Shown here piece by piece: positions 21,042 through 32,283 of a stretch of DNA of 64,000 nt. The DNA is from Oculina patagonica (lineage: Eukaryota), in assembly GCF_052425735.1 (NCBI RefSeq), contig NC_135769.1:30132001-30196000 (forward strand), read 5' to 3'. Under the pieces are notes generated by a model. The model made no database searches, was not told the DNA's origin, and was given only the letters and a program-made list of their open reading frames with translations. Within the stretch, counting starts at the first letter, position 1; every line of letters starts with the position of its first letter. Made by a program: the position numbers and the translations under genes.

Positions 21042-21115
<74 letters not shown>
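21042..21115 (-). tRNA. tRNA-Asn(GTT)
   Basis: 74 nt canonical metazoan tRNA-Asn; anticodon arm TTCGG-CTGTTAA-CCGAA. Confidence 0.93.
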
Positions 21116-21241
21116 TCACTTGAAGGGAGTCGGGATAGTAAGTGGTTTGACCTTAAGACGGCACAGGGCAGGTGTTAATCTACCAGCTAATCAGATGAGT
21201 CACAGATTAAGGCCCTCATAAGAAAGAAAGTTGATAAGTTT

Positions 21242-21313
21242 GGCCTGTTGGTCTAGTGGCATGATTCTCGCTTAGGGTGCGAGAGGTCCCGGGTTCGACT
21301 CCCGGACAGGCCC
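21242..21313 (+). tRNA. tRNA-Pro(AGG)
   Basis: Identical to 13517-13588; followed by a T6 terminator. Confidence 0.92.
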
Positions 21314-22733
21314 AGAATTTTTTGCTCTTTCAGGAGTTGCTGTGGGGGTGGATTTAAGCATGGCGGATATAATTTTTCCAGAAACGTAGAATAAACGCAA
21401 TTTGTCGCGTTCATTGTACGATGTGACGTGACATGTGATAATGACTTGATATTAGTGCTGATTTGTTTTTTTTCTTTTTCTTAGTCTAATAATAACCTCT
21501 CCATCTTCAATTCAACTCATGCTTTATATTTTTTTTTACTTTTTCTTAATGGCGTAATTGATATCAAATATCAGATGTTGATAACATGTTCATACGCCTA
21601 CCCCAGTATGGCGTCATGGGTACAAATCCCATCGGTACATTTGAAAAGAACTTTTTAAATTTCATATTTAATAACTATACATTTTACTGCATGTGTACGG
21701 GTGGAAACCAAAATTTTTTATCTCGATGGGTTACCAAATTTTCTTCGTTATGAGGCTCTGCTCGCGCGCACCTTCGACGTACTCGAGGGCACCGCTGTAA
21801 TAACTAACAGAATTCTCGTAAGCCCGTTGGTCGAAAGCTTAGCCGATGTAAATTATGTAACATATAACACAATGCAAGTTTGTTTATGATGAAAGAATTT
21901 TCATAAATACGATAGAAAACTCGAAATATATCTTTACAGCAACGTTTATATGTTAATTGAATCTTGCATTCGCGTATCTGCCCGAGCAGAGGAAGTCATT
22001 GACACCACTCAGTCTCAAAGAAACCTATTAGCAATAAAGACTTACGATAGTCAAGTGACTCAAGTGAGGTATAGAAGAGCCAGCCGGGGATTTACTGACA
22101 TAGATTCCTACTCTCATTTCACATCTCCGGCCTCTCGACTAATCCTTATTATGGCAGTCGGTCTTAAGGACAAGGATAGAAGTTACGTGATAGCTCGGAA
22201 AGGTTCGTGTGTTGCATCAGGAATCAAGAGGTCCTCTGGCTGGGTCCGCGCTGTGTTATTCTATTGGGCCAAAAATAGTCTTGCTATAGTTCGTTTGCAA
22301 CGCAGGCTATACACTCTAAAGATGGAATGGGTAGGAGGGAAATGTTTGGAAAACCCGACAGAATAAGGCTGGGATAAACAATATTCTATACTTCAATATA
22401 CTCTTAACCTGAAGCTGTTAAAGGTTTTTTTTAATACGTTTACCAAGTCTCTTCATGCTACAATGACCTTTGTGGTGTGTTCTCTGTTCTTCTGTGGAAG
22501 TCTCTCTGACAATTGACAAATTAAACTTACTCAGCTTTATTAACAACAACTTCTTTATTATCTTTTGTACAAGTGGCTAGCTCATAAATTTCGCACCGTC
22601 AATACAACTTATCCTGCCACTTATTGGAGATCTGCATGTCGGCCGGTGATAAACATAAAAAAAATGAAATTATAGTCCAGCGTCATGTGTAAATCTTCAG
22701 TTATTAGTCTATAAGCAACAAACACATTATCTG

Positions 22734-23744
22734 TTAGTCGTCAACTACCTCAGCGGAAGGATTACTTGGGCCTGTTTGATTTCTTTCAATAGGGAGGGGC
22801 AGTACTCTTGCAGCACATTGGGGACACCGGATTAAGCCACGCACTGCTCTACGAACGTCTGTATTCCGTCCAAAATTCATTAGTGGATTTAATAATCCAT
22901 TTAAAGTGATAAAGAAAGAATAAAATGGCCTCCAAGGAGGGAATTCTGAACTTGTATATCCCAATGTTAATAGAACCAACGGGACACAAAGTGCTGGTAA
23001 GAAAGTGAATAGAAGCACTATCAGAATCAAACCAACTGTGTTTGCCAATTTCTTCTCTCGCTTTAGCGCGGCGAGCACTTGACCGCCATGCTGATGCATA
23101 GTGCACTTGTGGCTTCGGTTTGCGATAAATATGCCAATATAAGACGAAATTATGAGAAGGATACAAAAAACATAAAATAAACCTCCAGAAACTTGTAAAA
23201 CTATACCAGGGATAAGGGAATGCTCATTTGCGTAAACGAATCCCGATGTCGCCAAACTATAAAGCCAAACAGCAGATGCTTGCTTGACAACACGTGATCG
23301 TTTCACATTGTTACGGTACCACCATGGTTTGCTAACCGCTAGACGCCGGTCTAAACTTATAATGGCCAGGTTACCGATGGTTGCCATCATACATAGAGTA
23401 GCAAACAAGGGCTCTTCTTTGCTTTCTTCAAGGCAAAGGTCTACACGCGAAAATCTAACGGTGTCTCTAACAATGGAAAACAAAGCCCACAGCACGTCAG
23501 TTATTGAAAGACTGCACAATAGTAGCAGTGAAGGATGTTGAAGAGATCTTGTACGTACCACAGCAGTTATAACGAGGGAATTACTTATCAGCGACAAGAA
23601 AGCCACCAGCATGTCAAGAGGAACGACAATAAAGTTGGTGACGTCACGCACTGTGTGCTGTACATTCTCGGGAATGTTAGAAATCAGGCATCTCTGATAA
23701 GGAAAACTTCTGGAATGTATAGTCCCATTCACTGGGGACATCAT
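22734..23744 (-). CDS. Class A GPCR copy C
   Basis: Intact 336-aa paralog of copies A and B. Confidence 0.9.
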   Translation of the reverse strand: MMSPVNGTIHSRSFPYQRCLISNIPENVQHTVRDVTNFIVVPLDMLVAFLSLISNSLVITAVVRTRSLQHPSLLLLCSLSITDVLWALFSIVRDTVRFSRVDLCLEESKEEPLFATLCMMATIGNLAIISLDRRLAVSKPWWYRNNVKRSRVVKQASAVWLYSLATSGFVYANEHSLIPGIVLQVSGGLFYVFCILLIISSYIGIFIANRSHKCTMHQHGGQVLAALKREKKLANTVGLILIVLLFTFLPALCVPLVLLTLGYTSSEFPPWRPFYSFFITLNGLLNPLMNFGRNTDVRRAVRGLIRCPQCAARVLPLPIERNQTGPSNPSAEVVDD

Positions 23745-24092
23745 GGTCTGAAAAGAAACATGATAATTATATGTTATTTAAGGAATCATCTCCAATAAAG
23801 ATCACCTATAATTTGAAGTCCCATATCATTTGCGTTCTTTAACTTAGAAACAAAAAGAATGTTTCGATTTTATGGTACCAGAATGTCTTCTGAATGTACG
23901 TGATGAACAGGGGATAAAGTGGCAATTAAAAAGTCTGTTCCACTAACAGGAGGAAAATCACGACAGTGAAAGCGGAGCATAAAAGTAACATACCCACCAT
24001 GACAAGAAAACCGAAGATGATAGGCAACAAAATCAACGTCCACAGCAGGCGATAACCCCCAGATTGATTATTTTCAGATTTTTTTGAACATA

Positions 24093-24353
24093 CCGTATTT
24101 TCTCGTTTAAACGTCCCCGGCGTTTATTTCAAACTTAGCCCGATAGAGCCGGCGTTTATTTGATTCCAGGAGTTTGTTCAAGCCCTATGTTTCTCAAAAA
24201 TGATTTTTATTCATTATTTTTGACAGCAATATATTTAGACATTATTTTTAAAGCATGTTAAACCTTTAATAATTGTTTAAGGGGTCTATTTTCAAATACA
24301 TCTTGGAGACCCGGCGTTTATTCGGGGCCCAGCGTTTAATCGAGAAAATACGG
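24093..24353. mobile_element. Tc1/mariner-type MITE
   Basis: TIRs CCGTATTTTCTCG...CGAGAAAATACGG, TA on both sides; absent from the paralogous site near 16215. Confidence 0.85.
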
Positions 24354-24688
24354 TAAATTACTTTGGGCATTCTTGTTTCCAATATATTCTTTTTTCGTAT
24401 TTATTTTTTTGAATTTTTGAAAAGGATTACGACAGCCTTAAAGGAGATATGTCACGGTATTTTAAGTCATTTTTCTGATTAGTTACAAATTGAAGGAAAC
24501 CTCAAAATAACATTTTTTAACATAGAAAAACACGGCAAAAGAGTAACAAAAAACCAAAAATAAACAAGGATGGTTTCAAATGAGAAAGATTAAGACGGAT
24601 TATGAATGACAAACTTGAACAAAATTGTCAATTCTTTCAATTTGTGCTGTCCGTGACGTAGCTCTTTTAAATAGAATTAGTTAAATCA

Positions 24689-25105
24689 TAGTGAAAAAAT
24701 TATTCAACATGACACGAGCGTGGGACAAAGAAAAAATCTTAGTCCCCGACGGGAATCGAACCCATGGCCTCCCAGATACCGGTTGGGCGCTCTAACCAAC
24801 TGAGCTACGAGAGACTCGTTGTGAGCTGGGCCATTTACTAGGTTGATATATGACACGCGTCCTGCATACTGCTAGGATCAGCAATGTCGAAATCATCAAA
24901 TGTGTAGTAAATAATGAAGATGGTAAATTTCAAGCTCGGTGATAAATAGTGAAGAAATTATTCAACATGACACGAGCGTGGGACAAAGAAAAAATCTGAG
25001 TCCCCGACGGGAATCGAACCCATGGCCTCCCAGTTACCGGTTGGACGCTCTAACCAACTGAGCTACGAGAGACTCGTTGTGAGCTGGGCCATTTACTAGG
25101 TTGAA
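24689..25105 (-). mobile_element. tRNA-derived SINE-like repeat, ~257-bp unit present ~1.6 times in tandem
   Basis: Each unit has A/B boxes (TAGCTCAGTTGG, GGTTCGATTCC on the minus strand). Family members also at ~43370-43606 and ~45841-46040. Confidence 0.75.
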
Positions 25106-25499
25106 ACCGCTAGTTAAATCATGTTGATGTTTGATGTTTTCACGAACACCTGGCTATGTTTGGTTCAGTTCCGATGGTTGTATCTTGCTGTGGTATATAT
25201 AAAGGAAAATTTACTGGCTGTAGTCGATCAGGTAATCGGCTTGAACGTGTAGCAAAGTACTCGTGTTTTCGAGCAAAGTGAAATAGTTACCATAGTAATC
25301 GCTAGCCCAGACTTGTATCACTGACAGGGATGCTCCAGCCTCATCCTTCAGCGAAAATAAAATTAAGTATGAATTTCCAATATCACTGTCAAAATTTTTA
25401 TTAATTTAGCACATTTATGTTATTTTGCAATTAACTTGTCATAAAAATTAAAAAAAAAAAAAATCAGATGGATCCCTAAAGCTAGGGTCATGGAACTAA

Positions 25500-25995
25500 C
25501 CTTATTCTTACTAATTTTCGCGCGTACTTAATTTCGCGAAAAGTCGGAGGCCGAATTTCGCGAGTATTAATTTTCGCGATTGCAAGAAAAATTACACCAA
25601 AAGTGTATTAAATTTCGCGATTTTGTCATTGTTTTATTGATCAGTCGTCAAAGACTAAGGAACTACTGGGAATATACAAAGGTCGCTCAGTGTAACTACA
25701 ACGAATCTGCAAACAGAAACGTTTGTGACTGCGGTTAAGAGGTTTTGGCTGATTTACAAGCTCACGAAAACAGTTATCAGAGGAAGGGTACAGGCGAAAG
25801 TAAGACGGCAAAATATTTTCAAGTATAGAAAGTTGGAGTTTCAAACATTTAGAATGTTTATTTACTTTTGATATATAATATGGTATTAATTTCGCATGTT
25901 GAAATTTCGCGCAATGTTTTTGTCGCGAGTATTAAATTTCGCGATTATTTTGAAATCGCGAAAATTAGTCCTCGCGAAAATTAGTAAGAATAAGG
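25500..25995. mobile_element. MITE with TTTCGCG subterminal repeats
   Basis: TIRs CCTTATTCTTACTAATTTTCGCG...CGCGAAAATTAGTAAGAATAAGG; absent from the paralogous site near 17465. Confidence 0.85.
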
Positions 25996-28900
25996 AACTT
26001 AACATAAAACAAACTGTTGCCGTACTTACTTCCTATAAGGAAGGAGTCCTGAAATCAACTGCGATCGTCGATAAAGTTTTTCTTCACGAAGGAGTCGTGC
26101 GAGAGCTTGGATATTATATTGTTTAAGTTGGTGTCCAGAAATGAGTAAAATTTTCAAATAACTCGCTGGAAAATAGTTGAAGCTCAAAAGATCTGATCTC
26201 TGATCAATGTATGATAGATAGGCTGAATTTATAGTCATCTGAATGTAAAGATATATTCAACAACAACTGCACTTTTCCCACAGTCTTTTGGCTTTTTTCA
26301 CTGAGGGATTGTTTTCCGACATAGCCATTATACACTGGCTACCGACTCATTACTGACTAGCAGAAACACTACAATCACTTCCGCTTGACATTAATGCCTG
26401 CGTTAATTTAGCCATGGGACCAACTTTCTTTAGTTAGTTGATCTTAAACTGACATTACCATTAAAATTAGTTATCGGTAAGGAAAAAGCTTATTAAAGTA
26501 AAATTTGAGCTTCACAAGGCACATCCCCGTCTACTCATGTTTGTAATGATGACCTATTTCGCAAAAAGTCATTTGTTGAAACTGTTTATTCCTTATAACA
26601 TTTTTACCGTAAATTTTACACAATTTAATGTTTTCTTCGTTTCATGTTTTTAATATTATGCGAACAGGCCTTTGTGAATAACATTTGCCAGAACAGATGT
26701 TTAAGGGAGAAAATGCAGCAAAAAACGAAAACTTTCTATGTTACCAGCTTCGCCAAGCAACGACAATCTTTGCCAACGCAGGAAAGGATAACTATTTTTC
26801 GTTCGTTTTTATTTCCTCTGGAAAACTTCAATATTAAGCATCGTGAGAAGAACAGAATTTCGTTTTTTCAAATATAACCTTCCGACGCTGTTATAATACT
26901 TGTTGACTGTCTAGCCAATCGAAACGAATTATTTAGAAAATTAAATGTATTTCATGCCGGACAGCTGTGTTGGAATCATTATATTTTACAGTTGATACAG
27001 TCAGCTAATTAAATTTACGAAATGATATAAAGTGGTGTTTATAGGCGATTAAAAATTATCGAACTGACATGTATCAGTGCATTCGAACAATTAAGGAAAG
27101 AAATTAGCAAGGAAAATGAAGTTTGCGGAAAAAGGAAAATAACACTGAAAATCAAAGGAAAAAATGAACTGCATTACAAAAATTGCGAAAAAGAAATATT
27201 ATTTTACGTGCATTATTACAAGTGTTAATTATTTTATTTATTTTCAGATTCTAGCAATTTTTGTAATATCTTCTGTAAATGCCCACAAAGACCGGAAAGG
27301 CCTATTGGATAAATTCCTTTGACGGAATTAATTGTGAATTAAATTAGATGTGAACTTGGTTTTGTGTTATTACGACGTCAGTAGTGCAACTTGATAGAAA
27401 AATATCAATTATTTACGTCTTTTACTTTATTTTTGAGATTATCAAAACGTAAATTCTCTAGTTTGCTAGTGCAATCATCTCTCAACAGCTCGCGCTGGTT
27501 TTGTGATTCTACAGAATTAACGAAAAACGACTTTTAGCGCTCGCTTTCTTGTAAAGGATCTCACGATTCAGTTATGAACTAATATCTCTGCGCATTAGCA
27601 GACTGTATCGACTGAATATAATGTCCTGACAGCTGTCAAAAAAAAGTAGTATAGAACTAGATATTTCCCTTTATTTCAAAACAGATACTTTCCTTTAGCA
27701 CATTACCACATCGAACGGTTACATTTTCAGCAAGCATTTCATGTAATTCTCGCGATACTCAAATAGGAGTTTTCTGCTGCAAGTTGATAAACACCAGATG
27801 GTGTTATGTAACGAATGTTGCTGCTGATTAGGTTTGGTTAAATAATAATAATAAATAAAAATCTTTAGTTCCGTTGCTCTCTTACTTAAAGTATTTTGAG
27901 AAAAGACATTTTCAAGGCCTGTTGGGCTAAAATTAAGAACATGCAACGAAGAAATGTGATTAAGTCACTGAAATTAGAGGTGAATATGCTAATAAATAAA
28001 ATTGCTGAAATCAATAATATCTAAACTTATTTGTGATAATTAATAAGTTTGTATTGTAAACTTGAGGTATGCGTGGCTGGTGACTTTTTTCAAATTTTAA
28101 TTATATTGAAAACGGGATTCGTTAATTTCTAGAAATGATCAACTTTTACCGCTAACTAAGTTTATTCATTTCGTGCCGAAATTTACGTCAATGGAAGCTA
28201 CAAACATTAAATTTGTCTGATTGCAAAATTTCATTAGGATCTCGCGGAAGTGATTGTAGTTTCGTTAATAATGGATCGGTGGCCAGAAATTATTGAATTA
28301 GTCGAAAAGCTAAACCTTCAATCGGAAAGACAAAAAGCCTGTGAGAAAAGTGCAGTTGTTGTTGAATATATTTAGTTTTGTGGACCTGAACTCGAATTCA
28401 GCTCACACTGAATTACTGACAGATAAGAGGTTATAAGCTTCTTTTGCTCATCCTCTGGACCCCAGCTAAATTTTATTCTTTTATACGATACCAAAGTTTT
28501 CCACAACTGTCCTCAGTATTATCCACGGAAAGCCGCCTTTTTCTGTAGTTTGATCATTTTAGAGATCGATCCAGCAGTTGGGAAAACTTTTTTCAGATCA
28601 AAAACAAAGAGGTGCATTATTAGTGATCTTGACAGGAAGTCATCATTAATCCTATTCAGTCCAGGGGAGGGAGGGGAGAGGGTTGATTCTGGAAAGGAAA
28701 TACGGAGAAATTAAAAGATATGTTACCAAGAAGATCGCTTAAGACTATGACCTTTGCCAGCTGTTTAATCCATATCATCGTGCAACTTTTATTTTTTTTG
28801 TATTCCGTTTCTTCAACTGTCACTCTCAGCTGCAAAAGTAACTATTACATCTCTGATTAGGAACTTCATTGATTATTTCCTCTTTATATGTGCTCCTGTT

Positions 28901-29666
28901 TTTTTGCGATTATTTTGTTTGATATTTCATCAGCTTATAGGACGTAAACTGATTTTAAAGGCACATTTTGTGATTCAAATGGCGTGGGATAACATGTAAA
29001 TCAACGCGTTTGCGCAAGCTATGTTACGCTATTGCTATTTTTTGACATCTTCTGATATTAAGAACTGAACAGATAAACGAGTTAAAGCGTGGAGCTACAA
29101 ATGTAGTGGAAATGTACGGTCTGTTATAGATAGTCTCAATGCTGACAAATTTTATAACCTGTGCTGGTATTATGCTGAACAAGTTTAAAGAAAATATGGT
29201 GACAATAAAAACGCAATTTTTTCATATTTTAAGGCATACCTTGGCAAACAAATGGTAAAGGACCTTATCAGAGAAAACAAAATAACGAAGCGACAACCTT
29301 GCAGTTTGTTTGCTTTAATTTGCGAAATGGAAACATTTCCAAGTGGTCAGCTAATAAAACTAAGACAACTTAAATTGAAAACCTGTCAAGGCAGCGAGTC
29401 TACCAATCACAGCTGAGATATTTAGAAATCCATTTAGAAGCCTTTGAATAAGTGGGTCAAATTTTAATTACGGTATTTACTTTGTTTAAACAGGACATTG
29501 CGAATAAGTTGGTCGTTACTGCAATGAGGTACAAGGTTACAGGGCGTTGTGGAGCGTCTCCTTTGCTTTAGAAGTACCTCAGATCACTTTATGACAATTT
29601 GTTTTAAAAATTAAACATTTTTTAACGACGGTTAGCAACAAGACTCCTCCTGAGTTGTCAACAGAG

Positions 29667-31361
29667 ATGTCGCTTCACTCGAGCAACCATTCTGGAGTTA
29701 CTCTGCAAGCTGTGTTTGGAATAATCGCATTTCTGTCGTTTTTTGGTAACCTTGTGTTCTGTGTGGTTCTGTTAAGAAAGCGATATCTGCTGAAAAAGCC
29801 TTACAACATCCTTTTGCTTGTGTTGGCAGTTACTGACATGTTGACAGGTACGATTGTACGAACTTGTTTTACCGCAAAAATCCAAAAATAACGACCTTAA
29901 TTCCGAAAGTAGCGCCGGACCTTCCGAATAGTGGAATAAAATTAAATATTAATTTCTTTTAACAAGATTTACCATTTTCTTCTCTTTATATACAGTATAT
30001 ATTGAGAACATTTTTATTTTTCTTACGATGGATTGGACCACGTATAATTCACGTTTTAGCCACCCAAAAGTAGCGAGTTCCTGAAGGCTGATAAATACGA
30101 ATACAAAGTAACGAGGATCGTTAAAACTTTACGGGTTTCTGTGAAGAAATTAACATTAGGGAAGGCCTAGTAATTAAAACAAGTAGTGGGATCTGCGATC
30201 GCCCCATTCAATGCATTGTGTTGGGAATCATGATTCAATTTGTTATAACAATGTTATTTGGTAGCGTAGTCTGTTTGCACAGAGAGAAATCGACTGTATA
30301 AATCTAACATTGAATTCCAACTCCTTGTAAGTAATGCCGCCCATACCTCACCACGACTACGAAAATTTTAATCTTCAGTCTTTGATCTATGATCAATCTT
30401 GCTTTGATAGTGGTACACTAAAATAAAACAAAAAAACTTTAATTGTCAACAGTTTGTGGGGTCGTGTTTATGAAGCACAAACAACACACGGACACTTATT
30501 GTTCCGTTGCTTTGTTCCTTAGGTGCCGTTGTTGTGATTACACCTGGTTTTATCGTACCGGTAAATACATTTCCCAATCCCAGGGGTACAGCTGGTTTAT
30601 TATTCTGTCATCTTATTGACACCAGATTCTTGATCTTTATGATGGGCAAGGCGTCCGTTTTACTTGTGATGTGCCTGACAATCGAGCGATGGTTCTCTTC
30701 TGTCAAGCCTCTGCAGTACAGGATCCGATTCACCAGTAAACGTCTTACTGTTTACATTATTTCCATCTGGATTTCAACGTGTCTTTTCCAATTGTATCGT
30801 CTGTTTCGTAAAATACCAGGAGAAGATGGTTGTCGTTGGGCAAAGAATCCATTTAGTCCGCGCAGTCTCCAGACAATCATTATTTCATACATGTCTGTCA
30901 CCTTCGTTTTACCCAGCGTTAACACTTGGGCCACCTTTCTCCATATTTGGTTGAGCGTAAGAAAATCGCCCGCAATGAATACAGGCAGCGGTAATGAAAC
31001 ACGAAGTAGGCTTCTGCGCATGTGTGTTCTGACCGCGTTGCTCTTGGACCTTTGCTGGTTTCCTGATCAACTGAACTATGTTCTTAGTATATTTGATGTA
31101 ACCTCTCTTGCGAGTCCTATGAGTGACTACTTCTTGGTGTTAGCTTTGTCTAACTCTTGTGTTAATCCGTGGATCTACTGTTTGATGAACAGGGCTTTTC
31201 GTAAAGAATTTCGGAGTTTATTTAACTTTACAATTTTTAATAGGGTTTGCATTCCCTTCAGAAGGTCCGCGTACTGTTTGAAGGACAGGAAGATAATCGA
31301 AGATTATAAAATGGCTTTTGATAACCCTGTTGAATTATCGAAATACAAATTATATATCTAA
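29667..31361 (+). CDS. Class A GPCR, galanin/allatostatin-receptor-like; exons 29667-29847, 30523-31361 (339 aa)
   Basis: GN, LAVTD, ERW, CWFP, NPWIY motifs; phase-1 GT-AG intron joins the two ORFs in frame. Confidence 0.88.
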
Positions 31362-32283
31362 TTGATAATTACTTTGAAACGTTGATTGTAAATTTTGGTT
31401 TATTGCTGTGAACAGTATAATAAACACCATCATTATTTTGTATGAATAGCCTCATTACACTGCGGGTTGGCGGAACCTAATGGTTAGTGATGCATTTTAT
31501 TAAATATTTTTACCCTGATTTAACAATGAAATGTATTTTAATTTTTGTGATCTTTTAAGGTATGTTTTGTGAGCTGTTGTATGCCAGATACTCTCCTTCA
31601 TTGTGTTAGGTTCCATAACACCAACTTCCGATCTAAGAAGTTTATTCTTTTGTCCCAAAGCGTCGCTGTAAATGAAAAAGAGCTAATTAAAAAAAAAAAA
31701 ATAAAATTTGAGAAGGATTAAAAACAGATAATTTTAAACAATAGCGAGAATTATCAAGGCCGAAGTTCTGGAGGTTTATGTTGTCTGCCAAAGACATGCG
31801 AAAGCTGAGGTAGATAACACAAAGCAAAGCACAAATAGGTTTGCTCTCCTGTGGATTTGTGCGGAAACTAAGTCTAATACTGTAATTGTTTATGAAAAGG
31901 GTTGGGATATTACACAAAACAACATGCAATGTAACGAAGTGAGCTTTCAGTGTAAAAAAATGCGATTCCGTTCCTAAATATTTGGAATTAAGAAACAATG
32001 TACCATGTTATTGGAATATGCAGTTCACTGCCCGGTTACAATGGTATGTCGTAATATGCAAAAGTCTGCAAAATATCTAAATAACACTTGCATTTGCGAT
32101 ACGCCATCAACAGAGCATTAGACCCTAATGTGCATGAGCGGATCATATTTTGTAGGCAGTTATTTGTAGATCACGTGGCAGGCTATCTGCCCAATGAAAA
32201 GAAAGGGAAAATGCATCGAATGATAATTTTGTATATCAGACTATGATTTGAAATATGATAATCGTGACATATATCCTTTAATA

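Larger units (their letters stand above)
12740..29135. repeat. ~8-kb tandem segmental duplication (about 12740-20525 and 20570-29135)
   Basis: Both units carry Pro(-)/Asn(-)/Pro(+) tRNAs, a minus-strand GPCR and ~3.5 kb of alignable non-coding DNA (17070-20525 vs 25110-29135). Confidence 0.88.
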
